A DNA stretch of 64,000 bases, taken from assembly GCF_000150275.1 (NCBI RefSeq), contig NW_002060948.1, positions 4,820,336 to 4,884,335 on the forward strand, read 5' to 3'. The position numbers were made by a program, and so were the translations under genes. Positions 1 to 13,300 of this stretch are shown piece by piece; position 1 is the stretch's first letter, and each line of letters starts with the position of its first letter. The notes beneath the pieces were generated by a model. It saw nothing but the letters and a program-made list of their open reading frames with translations. It did no database searches and had not been told where the DNA came from. The DNA is from Trichoplax adhaerens (taxonomy: Eukaryota; Animalia; Placozoa).

Positions 1-2233
1 ATCAACCACCTCAGCAGGAGTCTCCTTTAGACACCAAACTGGTGCAAGAAATTTTAACAGACCTCCGAAAAAATCTAAAAACTAAAGCAGCTCTATTGCA
101 TAAAGAGGAAGTGGACTACTTCATTGGTAGTATTTGTATTTATGTAATATAACAACAGGCATTTTTTGATCTATTCATATTTCGTGATAAGTATTTGAAA
201 AGTATCTACCTATAGAGTACAGGTTCTTAACCCTAGCATATAATGAAATGATAGTAACATACCTGTTTAGATTGGTTAATGACTTGAAAATAACATCCAG
301 TACCGTTACTGTGTCAGTCATTTTCACATAATTTAAATTTTTTTATAATGATTGCATTAAGATATATCTATAAAACAATTAATAAGACATTATCGTACCG
401 CCAATAATTGTGCCATCAAAAATTTTTACTCTTTCGGAAATATAACACTTCTCAAGTACGAATGCGTATTTAATTTAACCTTTCATACACTTTAAAATTT
501 TCGTTCACAAGGTCAACATGCCGTTAACTATCTTATGGACAGTAAATGGGCAACTGGTGATGATGATGCTAAAGTTATATTCGTGGATAGAGCTGATGCC
601 ATTGAATTTTGTCAACAGTATGTTATTAATATTATTTAGCTCTGATCATTGAAATGGGATAGAAGGCATTACTTATGATTGCTGCTTAAATAAACGGAAA
701 AGATGTGAGTGTTTTGATTTTGTTACATTTTTTGCGTAGGTTACTTCTGCAACGAAACTTTGTAAGATGTGGCAAAGCTAAAAAGAAAAAGTGGACACCA
801 TTTAAAGTAGCAAAAAGCAGTACAAGTGATCATGATAAAAATGACGGTGATAGTGAAGAAACTAAAGCGGGAAATGACAATGCCACTAAAAACATCAAAA
901 CTTCTGATAGCAACAAAGATGAGGATTATAATGATGAAGACGCCAAAGATGATCAGGAACCGAAGGATGACAATATACCGGAAGAGGAGGTATAATATTA
1001 TCAATTCCCCAGTTTTGTTCATACATTAGTTTACATTAGTTATTGCTTGCTAAAAATTTATGATTTTGATAAAGCCGTTAATTTAAATTATGTAGCAGAA
1101 AGAGGGTGCTAAAGATGCTGGTAAGAAAAAGAAAAAAAAGGTAATTTTTATAGTAAATTTCTACATTAATTAAACTACGAAGTAGATAATATGGACTTAA
1201 TATCTGCTATCCGTACTTTACTTGTCCTTCCGCACTGATATATTATTTCTTTGTGAATAATAAAATATCAGATCAAGTTAAAGGAACATAAAGAGCAAGA
1301 GTTCTTAGACTCTGATGATTTGTACGCTTGGATTTTTCAAATCACTAGTCCCTATAATTACCTGATTGGTATAGTCATGAGTAAGCTGCAGTTCATATCA
1401 CATTAGTGTTATTACTATTTTTGTAATTTTATGAAATCTAACGATAATTAAACTTCGTTGTTCACTCACTATAGTGGCCGTATTTATGCTCTATAACCTT
1501 CTACCAATTATGCCCGCCGTGGTTGGTCACTATCTGTCACAATTGAGTACGGTACTACTTTTTATAGTGATAGGTATTATCTGTCTGGCAATAGGTAAGC
1601 ACATATATATATTATTGATCTATATTATACATTACCCCACTATTATTTAAGAAGCAATTGTCGTACTAATCATAGCCGACGTTCGGAAATAGAAGGTTTT
1701 ATATTAATATGTCATTTGAATCAGTTTCAATGTCAATCCTTTTCTTTATGTGTAGGTCGTTACTTATTATTCATATTAGTATGGATGTTTACGCTTGGCA
1801 AGTACCATTTTTGGTTGTTACCTCAGTTATTTGCAGATTGTTCGTTCCTGGAATCTTTTACTCCAGTTTTCAGTTTACAAGAGTATAAACCATCATCGAA
1901 AACGAAAGTAAATTAATTCTGTAGTAATAAAATTTGTAATATTCTTTGTTTATTTCTTTGGTTTTTACTTAACCACTGGGTATTATACTAATGGGATATT
2001 GACTATACTATTAGAATAAATCGGAAAGGAAAAAAAGTTCTTCGAAGAAAGCAAAAGTAGATAATGATGGAGTCAAATCTGGAGACACAAAACATCAAGC
2101 AGAAGTGCCAGATAATAATCAGCCTAAAGGTGATGAACGGCTCGAAAGTTCAAAGAATGAGATCACTGACACAGACAATGACTGGGAAAAATTAGATATG
2201 CCGGTGGAAAATGAAGATGACTCTGATAATTAG
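1..2233 (+). CDS. SEC62: Translocation protein Sec62, 5'-truncated; exons <1-126, 512-617, 740-989, 1096-1140, 1272-1380, 1475-1594, 1756-1907, 2015-2233
   Basis: Manual splicing at GT-AG sites keeps one frame: ...EVDYFIG|QHAVNYLMDSKWA...EFCQQLLLQRNFVR...EQEFLDSDDLYAWIF, two hydrophobic segments, GRYLLFILVWMFTLGKYHFWLLPQLFADCSFLESFTP, acidic tail DNDWEKL, stop TAG 2231-2233. These match recalled Sec62 motifs (VDYFIASKAVDCLLDSKW; HFWFLPNLTAD.GFIDSF.P). Confidence 0.93.
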
Positions 2234-4251
2234 CTCTTTTGTCGCCAAGAATCGATAGCAACTGAACAACTGAGCTTTATAATGCATTAATGAAGCGTTA
2301 TGTTAAAGTTTTAGTCACTGTATTTAAATTTACAGTAATTTAATATTGTATCAGTAAAGGGTCATTCTTGGGCAGTGGCATTTTCTTATTATACTGTTAG
2401 GTGATTACGATTATGATTTATTCTGTAACAACGGTTTTATAAAATGACTATTGTATTAATGTTATCATAATGTATGGTTCATCCTAAGCGTAAACAGAAT
2501 TTAACAAGATTTCAAATCTATGCCTTCTAACATTAGTAACGTTTATCATATTAATAAGTTTAGATTAAGAAAAGGGAACTATTTATATAAGAATTCTCAA
2601 AATACGAGTATTAGCTATGTAGCCAGCCATTTAGTAATCTACTATGTACAGTACTTCCGTGGTGTATTTTTGACTTGAATGTGTTCAGGCGTAGGATTTT
2701 TACTGTGCAACATTAAGGCACCCGCCACATACTGTAGTTTAATTAAAAGTAAATACTTATGCAGTAGTATTGTAACAGAACAGAAAAAGACGGATAATAA
2801 CTTGTGTAAAATATACTGTATGCCAGTTAATGTGCAGAATGTGTACAGCATACTGTATTTAATTGAACTGGGGAAATGCTGGTTTGCTGTTAAAAATACG
2901 TTGTTATTCGCAGCTGTGAATTGATGTCGGCAATATTTGTAATATTTATTGACATTGATTAAATCTGAACGTTTCCAAATAAGGATTCTTGTAATGGAAT
3001 TCTGTTTTGATAGATAACTAAACTCGTTTAGTTTAGACTTTCAACGTAAACTATAACACATGTAACCTACTTCGAGAAGTAGAATTTGTTATTCATGAAT
3101 AAGACAACCAATCATTATGAAGATATCTATGGAAATATACTTATAACCTAAATTTTTTAAAGTCAAATAGAATACTGTGGCTAAGATTAAATTATTTCCA
3201 AGGTATATCCGAACGAGTTTTTGTACCTATACATATGCTTATTCAATTTTACCGAGCCAATAATTTTACAAAGTAATGAACTAACCATAACTAATTTTTA
3301 GTTATGCATTATTACTGTACACGCAGTTCTTAATGTATAATCATTAATAATATTTGAATTCAGTTTATAAATAATACTCATAAGATTTAAATACGTTGCA
3401 ATTAAGAAGTTATAGCTATTATAGATAATTGCCTAACCGATGATTATAATTCTGTACTGTACGATTACGTAAACTATATACTAATACATAACAAGAAAAT
3501 AGTTATTTTAAGAATATTTTTTTATAATACTGAAAGTGGAATTGTATATGATAATGCGAATAAACTTTAACGCGATCCGATGAAGTTAATATAGCGAGTT
3601 AGAATAATTTCAGCAAGGTAGCTTCTCGTAAGTAGTTTAAAACAATAAGAGCATTCTAGACTTCGCAACAGATACCTAAATTCGTATTGCAAGCCAAAAA
3701 TAGCCTTGTGTATTAAGAATATCATCCAAATAATCGATGATGGTATTTACTCAATCGCTTACTTAATCAATCAGTCATATTTTATAAAAAATATTTATGT
3801 CAAATTTAAAGTACAGCAATTTTTTCTTAGTACGGCGTGATAATATTTGATAATTGTCATCACTAACTAACTAATTCTATCACAATTACACCAATTCTTT
3901 AGTAGCTATTTAAACCTACGATCTATAATTACCTTTTTAAACCTGACTGTTCATTCTACGTCATGTCGTGATTTACGTACTTTGTATACTATCACATTTT
4001 CATACCACATTACTTCTGTAATTAGATGAAAATATCACTTCTATCTACGACGACATCGTTTTCTGTTTTTGGCGTACTGTCATTTTTGCTGTTGGTCTTA
4101 CAAGTACTTGTACATTTCTTGTCCTTGCTAGAATATGAAACTCCATACTACTCTTATTAACTTTACAGTAATACTATATAACCGGAATCTCTTTCACACG
4201 GATGTTATGCGGAATTAGCTAGTACATTTATTAATAAGAAGTTGCCAACAG

Positions 4252-4624
4252 CAGAACCTATAGTCCATAGTTAGATGTCTTTATTCAAGAAATTATTGTA
4301 ACCTAGTTGACGTCATATCCGTAGAGTTGGAACCACCTTGGATACCTGTATTTGCTCTTAGTAAATTCTCGAAAATTGTAACATCTACCTTCATTCCATA
4401 GACAACAGTAAGAGCCTATCCTTAGGCCTATTATTACACTTATAAAGAAATGGCTAACGGTAGAACCTATAGTCTATATCAAATATCTATTAAAAAATTG
4501 TTATAACCTAGTTAATGTTATATCCGCATATTCGGAATCATCTTTAGATATAATTTCTCGCAGTAATTTCTCAAAACTAGTAACATCACTTTTTGATCCA
4601 TAGCAATCGCAAGCGCCTATCCTT
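4252..4624. repeat. Diverged tandem duplication, 2 copies, period about 205 bp
   Basis: Blocks agaacctatagtc...taacctagtt...atatccg...gtaacatc...tccatag...gcctatcctt occur at about 4252-4422 and 4461-4624. Confidence 0.75.
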
Positions 4625-4682
4625 TCGTTTTTTAATTATTAATTTTTAATCTGAGTACCGCAGAGGCTAACGTAGAGTACAC

Positions 4683-4885
4683 TGTTACTAACGTAAACGG
4701 GCTAGTAATAAATATATTTATTAATCTAAACTTATCGTTTGACTCGATTACAATAGTATAGGAATATGTTAGTTTTCCCTTACTGAGGATCTCCGGAGTT
4801 AGTCGGAGAATCATAAGAGTAGATAGACTAGCATAGGTACGATCACGAAAGTTGTTTTGTGACACGGTGTTAGTGGCACTCTATC
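4683..4885 (+). mobile_element. Possible degraded LTR 3' end followed by a PBS-like motif
   Basis: tcacgaaagttgttttgtgaca (4843-4864) resembles the 3' terminus of the two solo LTRs (tcacgaagctggtttgt..a). It is followed directly by cggtgttag, similar to a TGGTGTCAG-type PBS, then GC-richer sequence. The 5' boundary is uncertain. Confidence 0.4.
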
Positions 4886-5975
4886 AGGTATAATAGGCCT
4901 AGCGGATTATTAGTGGATAATACTAGGGATGTTAGTCATACGGTTAAGTGGGACTACATAGCGCCTAGATAGACGGTACCGACACGTCTCAGTAGAGGAC
5001 GTACAATTGGCTCAAAGTGAGGGATGACAATCATACGTAGCTTGGGGTCTTGCACTCGTAAGGCCCATATTAAATATAAATTAGAATAAGGGATAGTGTA
5101 GAAAGCAAAAATAAGATATTAGTTGAACTGACTGAAATATTGTGTGACTAGATACTGTAGGGTTGGAAGCAGTTCTAGGTTACACGCCTAGATAAAGTTC
5201 ACTTTTATTTTGAATGTAGGCGTAAACGTATGCTGATGATATCAAGTGCTATGAAAGCAAGATTAATAAATAAAAAATATTTATTTCATAGTCTATACAT
5301 TTTCAATGACCATTTATAACATATTTACTTTGGTATTGTTGAATATTTTCTGCAATCCCATTCAAAACATAATTTATCCGTTGGAAATGTTTAATTTAAG
5401 GTTTTTCATATTTTTAGTAAACCGTCGAAGAATTACGCCAATGGGTCAATTTTAGTCTAAATTTCAGAATAATAGCTAGATAATTCAATTATTTCTATGA
5501 CAAATATTACAGTAATATTTATAGAATCTCGAAGAAAAATAACTAATGAAAAAGTGAATATAAAAAGAACTAAAACATATGCAAGGTGCTGTGAAAGTAT
5601 TATAGGTAAACGTCCGGATAATGAGCAATAACGTAATTTGCTTTCATGGAGCACATTAATATTTATTTCCAATAAATGCCCAAAAAAGCTTATACCTTCA
5701 ATGACAATGCAATTTAGATAGCAATTGTTGTGAAGAAATGCCAGCCTTTAGTCATAAGTGTTTAGATGTATCTAATGCTATCACAGCTAACTGTATTATA
5801 TAGCCACTAAACGTCGGAAAGTAGCTGTAATTCGTGTCCATGAAGTAGAGTGAGCTGGTTTAATGGTTCCGTTTTATCGGTAACCTTGTTTCTATTGGTG
5901 AATATTATGGGAAACAACTCTAACGGATAGCTATGATATCCTTTTAAACTACTTTGAAAGAACCCTCAATATTAC

Positions 5976-6542
5976 TATCACGGTACGAACTACCGTGTAG
6001 AGTAAATGACTAAATTTAGTAGTTAACATTATATATGAAGATAATTAATAATGACTTACAGTAAGAATTACGGTAGTTATTATTTTGTTACAGTAAATTA
6101 TAGGGTACTGTAGTAAGAGTTTTCATAAGGTAAACAATATTAATTAATTATAGTGTTATGTCTTGTAACGCTTGTAATGAATACCCTGAAGATATTCATT
6201 TATAAAGGATACTATAAATAATTCTGTGTAGGGACATACTGCAATCTAATTATCTAGAATCGTTCAGTACATGTCTAAGATTATGAATAATTTCTGTATT
6301 AATTTAGCTATCCAATATGAACTAAATTTCATGACCTGTTATGACTCATACATGATAGCGACTACTGAAGGGCGTTTAAGCCCGGCAGATAGTTGAATAA
6401 AGCAGAATTCTATAGTTGTTTAACGTAGAAGCAAAGGTGTCTAAATTCTTGTAAGATAATTAAGGGACACTGAATCCAGGAGACTACAGCAGTTTTTGAG
6501 ATTTGCTTTACATTATCTTTGTCACGAAGCTGGTTTGTAGCA
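5976..6542 (+). mobile_element. Solo LTR, copy 1, 567 bp
   Basis: Termini tatcacgg...tttgtagca (degenerate TGTCAC...GTGACA); flanked by direct repeat ATTAC at 5971-5975 and 6543-6547; internal AATAAA; homologous to 28327-28761. Confidence 0.8.
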
Positions 6543-8932
6543 ATTACATACATTCTGTGGATAGTGCAAGGGATAGCAACATTCCTTTCCAGTTGGGAAC
6601 TTCAAATTATTTTTATCCTTATTTTTATATTTATTATTTTTTTTCAATATACTTACTTTCATATTAATGTCTATCATGAAAACTATATTAGTTCTATTCT
6701 TCATGATTACTGTATTGAATTCTACTTCGAGTTTAATCGCAGATCATTATAGTGCGGTTCTGCGAAAGTATGCATGAATATAATAAATTGTAAACTGAGC
6801 CCTCAGAGTTTGAAATGAAAAAGATGCGGCTTACTAGATAACCGTTAAGGAAGTAGCAAGAAAGTCTCTAGTTATTTTTCCAGTATTTATAGCTTTAAAA
6901 GCATTCTATATACTGTAATGCAAGGATTTCATTAGTAATTAAGGCTTAATGACAAAGAAGTGTTGTCCTCCACATTCAGTTCGCATTATTACCTGGTAAC
7001 TAAAAGCGCCAACTATCATAAACAGTACTTAGACGACTCATTAATGATTCATATTTTTTAAGTAATAAATAAAGCACAAATTTAAGGCTAATTAGCAGTA
7101 TTTAAACAGCTAACTTATTATTAATTTTCTATCACTTCTCTTAAAGAAGAAGAGATCTATTTTACTTATTTAACAAACTTTTCTTCCCAATCTTAAAGTT
7201 TACAAATTTATGTTTTAGCCGCTATTGAGCGACTTAAACTGATGGATTTTAATAGTATCCAGTTAAAAGCTGTCTCTGCAAGTCTTAAGTATCCCTTTGT
7301 TACAAATTTAAATTCTGTAACAAGGGAATACAACGTAGAAGTCTTGAACTAATCCACTGAATTAAATGCCTTAACTCACCTAATTTACTTGACTAAGAGC
7401 ATTGTGCACAGAATTTTTACTAGTACTTTTACTCGAACCATTCAAGTTAATATAAGAGTCGTCATATTTATAAACAACTTCATAATATTTATTTACCGTG
7501 TCCTTTACTGGTAGATTTCTGCGACTATGATACTCCGAACATAATCATTCTATTAGCGAACATTTACAACCTACTTCTCATATGAAATCATCATTTACTC
7601 AAGATTGGTATTAACTATCATGAACTAGGATTTAAGCATCCAATTACTTTTTGCACGCAATAACAATCAATACCGATATAAAATGACCGAACTTCAATAA
7701 GAAATACGATAAGGCATTATCATATCTAGCATTGCAATTATTGACTTCGCCATATTGGTACGGCTACATAAGTATTTGAAAAGTTTGATAATACCGTATG
7801 ACCATTATAATATTCCATTCCTTGTACAGTATATTGCATGATTGGATTCAAAAACTATATATCCAACTTAGTCTTTGCAATTAGCAGTTTGATAAATTAT
7901 TGACTTATTTTAGTGTTAAAAATTCAGATCTACTTGCTTATTATTTATCATATAAACTATATGTAAAAAGCTATGCAGTTAGTTTCTTGGCAAAAGTAGT
8001 GAATCTCACTTTAAGGCTCTTTTATATCTCTCTGTTAAACATACCCGTATTTATTTAAATTTCAACAATAGATTCTATTTTTAACGGCAATGCTTAATCA
8101 AATTGTTCTAGACTTTTATTTAATCTGGAGTTAAGTTTTTTATCTAACGTCTGCTGAGTAATATAATGCATGGTAAGATATCATTGTCGTTTTATGTAAA
8201 AGATTGTATATAAATTTATCGATCAGTTGCAGTCAACAATATCACAATTACGTATAAAGTTATCACCAAATTGCTATGATAGTATCGCCCCACAAAAATT
8301 AATCAATAAATTATTGAATATTGGAAGTCATGATCACTATTAAACTAGCCATCAGTTAGGTCGTTTAGTAAGTCGGTAGAATTTTTAGACATAAAACAGA
8401 TTAATTTGCTGACCATTGATTTAGTTAGCGATCATTTATCTTAAAAATTTTCTTTATAAAATGAATATTTAATTACAATCCTGTTCGTTCTATTTTAGTA
8501 CAGACATTGGCATCCTGGGAAGTATCATTGATCAAGTAACATATTCGAATATCGAGGGTCTTGAATTTGGATTAAATGAAAGATTCATTTATTTCTTCGC
8601 ACCAACTTTCAAGTTCCATAGCACTTGCATTTCAGCATACCAGCAGCGTTTTTAATTAATAACAGTCACTTTGCTTCTTAGTAACAGTGTATTAATCAAT
8701 TTTTTAATGACAATGTATGGGGTGAATTAGTTTTGCAGATCTTTAATATGGTTTCAAACTGATGCTTTAGAATTTGCAGTTATTGCAAGTTAAAACTTAT
8801 CAGTTCACAGTAAATGTTCTAGAAGATTTCATTGTGGAAAAAAAATATAACTACTGTCTGTAATTCTATTTTCCTACTGGCTTTATAATTTCTTAAGTAC
8901 AATCGCACATTCAATTTATTCCAAGCAATATT

Positions 8933-10310
8933 ATGATGAATTGTCAAAATCAACCTGAACCAGAGCCAAGTCCGCTGTGGAAAAACGCTACTCGCTTACT
9001 TGCATGGCATGAGTTATTTGAAATTCATAATTATTTCTTCGCTAGCTGTTTCGGAATTCTATTCCTATATAGCTTGATTTCATTGTTTTCGAATGTCAGA
9101 ACGTCATTTAAGAAGCATTTATGTATCGCAATTAACCTATTACTAGCTTTATTGGGACTTTCTCGTGTTATATACTTAATTCTTGATCCTTACGAATCGG
9201 CAGATATCTTGCAACGATATGGCAACTTGACACTAATCCCGTTATCTATAACGCGGGTCCTACATGGAATTGCTTATCCTTGTCTGTCATCCTCTTTCAC
9301 TCTTATTTTCATGGCTATTTTAAAATGTGTTCAAATTAAAATTTTATCGCCCAAGTTTCGGAAACCAATTCTGATCTATACAATTATCATTCTCCATTTT
9401 CTGGTGAGTTATTGTATTTGTTGCATTTATGATAATTTTTAATCTATATGTCAAGAACAGTTAATGTTAAAACTAAAACAAATTACGATAGTACTGAGCT
9501 TTTACTTATATGGAAAAGATATCATTTTGGCAGTTTCATCGGTGTAGTCGGCAAAATTTACCAGCGCTATTAATTGTGAATAGAATCACAAATGGGTGTC
9601 TTAAATTAAGCCAATAGATGTCTGTATACAGTATTTACTTGATATAACAGTAACTTTTATAGCACAAAAATAAGCCTATTGATTTTACCTGGCTATTTGT
9701 CACTACGTGATGACTTCTGATCTACATTAATTGATTTTCTTAGGTTGTGTTTTCTGTCGATATCACTACCGTACTATGCAGTGGAACCACAATTTTATTG
9801 ATTTTATGTCAAAGTTTTTTTATTATCTGGGGAACAACTATTGGAATCTGCTACCTATACTGTAGCTATCGAATACTGAATTATAATTTTAGTAATCAGG
9901 TAATACTAAAAAGTATTAACAATGTCAATAAAAGGCACGTCCAAGCAAAATTGAAACAAAATTATACCGATCAAGAGGAGGACTTTATGTCGCAGAAAGG
10001 AAAACGCTGGTCATCAGATCAACACATTTCATACATTACTCCAACAATCCAGAAAGTGATTAAAGTTACTATTATCTCTGCATGTTTAGGATTTGTTTCA
10101 ACTGCTCTCAATTGCTTTTCCTTGTTCGGTATCTATGGCGTCCTTCAAGATAAAAATACTGTTGATCCTTGGCTATGGCTAATTTATCAGTCGCTATTTC
10201 GTATTATCGAATTGTGCATGGGTGCTACTATGGCTTTCACGGTAACTCGAACAGTTAAAACAAAGCAATTATTACCACAGGCAGCGAAGACTAATGTCGC
10301 TTGGCAATAA
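8933..10310 (+). CDS. PRRT3/PRRT4-like 7-TM protein, paralogue A (345 aa); exons 8933-9403, 9744-10310
   Basis: Donor CTG|GTGAGT and acceptor TTAG|GTT join two ORFs in phase 0. Seven hydrophobic segments; motifs PEPxPxW, HxY, RxxYLxxDPYxS, YPCL, HF...D, QSFFIIWG, PWxW..Q..FR..E. Confidence 0.85.
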
Positions 10311-13300
10311 AAGCAATATCCAGCTCAATCAATATATAGTATGTCGTAACGAATATGTAAATTTAAGATATGAATCGTAAAACTATGAACATATACAACG
10401 CCATAGTCGCCAATTAAGTCTCTTTACTGACAGTATGCTAAAATTTGCTTCAGAAATTAAATTTAATACTAATTAAGGATAGCTTCTTAAATTTCGCAGC
10501 TGTGGTTCAGTTATATATCATATAGGATATTCAAAGTAAAATTCATTAGACTCTATTATCTGGCAAGGTACGATATTTAATTAATTACAAATTAAAATAA
10601 TGAAGAGAAATTAAGTATTGAAGATACATTAAAATAATATTTCATAGCCTACTTAATTTGATAAAGCGTTTGATAAGTAAATCAACTGTTTTCTACTGTA
10701 TCCTATTGCCGTCGAAAATATTAATTATCCGTGAATATGATAAGTTTTAACTATTATTCCTCTATCGCTGTGTATTTCTAACAATCTAAACATGTATCGC
10801 TTAAGTTGATTAATTGTGCACTTAAACTGAAACTAAATTCTTCTACATCTAAACCTAGAATCGTTACGCTTTAATGAAACTGAATTATCGGAATCCTTTT
10901 ACATCTCTGAAATCGATATCATATATGATTAATTACTAAATGATTCAGCTGTTTGATGCCAAATTGAGATAGTACTTGGTTTAGGTCATAAAATATTACT
11001 TGCAATCAATAAATCTAGCTGGTAAAAAATTTATAATCTATTATTAATTACTGAAGTTGTTAGTCCTACTATGTAATTTAATTTTTAAGCTATAAGTTGT
11101 AAAACATGTGGCATGGTAATCTATATCCACCCTAATCATTATAATGTTCAATACATTAATATGCTATTGTAATTTTAATAGTAAGGCATCCATTCTTCAT
11201 TGACATGCATAAGTTTGATCGCTCCTTAATAAATATAAATAATATTTAAGTCTAGCTCTATCCATTTTTCCAAACACTAAATCCTCAACTGAATTTGTAG
11301 CGGTATATGAGGATCATTATTCATTTATAATATTTATTTCAATATTTCAGTACTGCAGTATAGCAATGCTTATTCCTCCTCAGCATACCTTTTCCTCAAA
11401 TAATTTTAAATTTAAGTGACAACTATGTGATCAATGAAAATTGCTGTTGTCAAGATAAAGTAACTACATCTCTTATTCAAAATACTTTTCCCATCTCAGC
11501 TATGACAATTTTTATCGTATAAAATACGAATATGGTATTTTTCATACTATAACATTCAACCGCTGAACATCAAAAATTGCTATACCTTGTAATTGTAGGT
11601 AGCATAGTGCCATAAAATAAATGATCAATTGTGTAAGTAGGTCAGAGTTTTACATGTATTTAAATCGAAATTCTATTTATTCATTCCAACAAAGTTTCCA
11701 ATTTATAAAGGATTAAATAAAGCAGATACCTTTCACTCACAAGAATAATTTCACTGTCTACTCTCTTCTAATGTGAGTGATCAACTAACTTACAAGCTAC
11801 TTAGTCACTCCAACTAACTACGGAGAGATACTGTAAGTAAGAATAACAACTTCCTCACAAGTATAATAAGCGGCTTGTTGTAAGATTAGTTTTATGAGTT
11901 TTTACTTCTATTCATACAACGAAAGTATAGTACCTTGTCGTACACTAGAGAAGTATCAACTGGGCGATATATTTTCTGTAGGCTTATATACGGTCGCCAC
12001 AAAAGATTTTCAATTAATATTTCAAGTAATAAACAATTTTAGAGACTAAGAAACATATTTACAAAATACGATGACTAGTATCGTAACAATACCTTAGAAT
12101 TTAAGGAAAGAAATTTTTTTAATTTTAGAACTTTGATAGCATTCTTCTACTTTAGACTAGCTGATCACACTGTATTAACGAAATCTCTCAAATTGAACAT
12201 CTCCTATTTGCAAAATGGCAAAAGATGTTTGTTATCAAATTGAGTAAGGGTACTTTAATTAGTTTAGTATCTAGCTTTTAACTGTAAAGAGATAATATTT
12301 CGATGCTAAAATAAATATGGAAGCACTTGTATATCGTAAATGCATTGGACTAATGCAAGAGGTCTATATTTTAGGTCTGGTATATTTACCAATGGAAATC
12401 ACAATCATCTCCATTATTGTGGGATGAACTGGGACAATGCTTATCCAAGAATATCAACAAAAAGTGGAATTAAAAAATAAATTATAATGTTTCTGCGTAC
12501 GAATTTAACTTATGAATATTACTCTAATAAGAGTAAACAAGTAAAAAGTTCTGTGTAGCGAAGCCAGTTTGCACTATCAATTGGAATACTTATTTGCAGT
12601 ATAGAAAAATTTATTATAGCATTGATGTCCAATTATGTATAATGTTCGTGTCCAATAATCAGTACCATAAAACCTAGCTCTATATTTTACTTTATTTAAA
12701 TCAGTCCTGGTTAAAATTTATCATGATAATTGTTTCATTTCAAATTAAAATCTTAGCAGCACAATTCCATAGCATTCAATTCAAGGATTAATTTTTATTA
12801 TAAACGTGATTACTTAATCCCTTTCCTGATAGTTACGGTAATTTAGACGATAGCATTTATTTATCTGTGCAGTTACTTTGAAAGTTAACAGTTTTATTAA
12901 GCAGATTAATTTTTTTGCTACGGGCTTATTTGGTATTTGCTTGTTAGAATCTCTCTCAAATATATTCATATGCCATAAAACAGTCTGAGGTAATTCTTTA
13001 TTTATTTAAAAAGCAAGAATGCGACTCAAATAATCCCGTTGTCACCAGTTACTATTATAGAACAAAGATTTTAGTATTACAAAATAACGCATGTCAATCT
13101 AGTGTCATTAGGATCTCTAGTTATAAAATAATCATTAATAGTCAGGCTACAAACATCTTGCACTTTATATTAACTTAATGTATAAAAATATCATAGGTTA
13201 ATCCGCTTACGTCATCACTTTATTTGGAACTATATTACCATAATTGTTCATATTCTTCTTTGTAATGACCTAGTTATTATAGTCTCCTCTTATTACTGTT

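Noticed and set aside
741-1029. ORFs 741-1022 (-) and 826-1029 (+)
   Set aside because: Antisense and alternate-frame shadows of the low-complexity SEC62 exon 740-989.
2642-2924. Overlapping short ORFs downstream of SEC62
   Set aside because: No recognisable motif or splice support; consistent with chance ORFs in AT-rich DNA.
6519-6752. Hydrophobic 77-aa ORF
   Set aside because: Non-ATG start, straddles the LTR boundary, and hydrophobicity comes from a T-rich tract.
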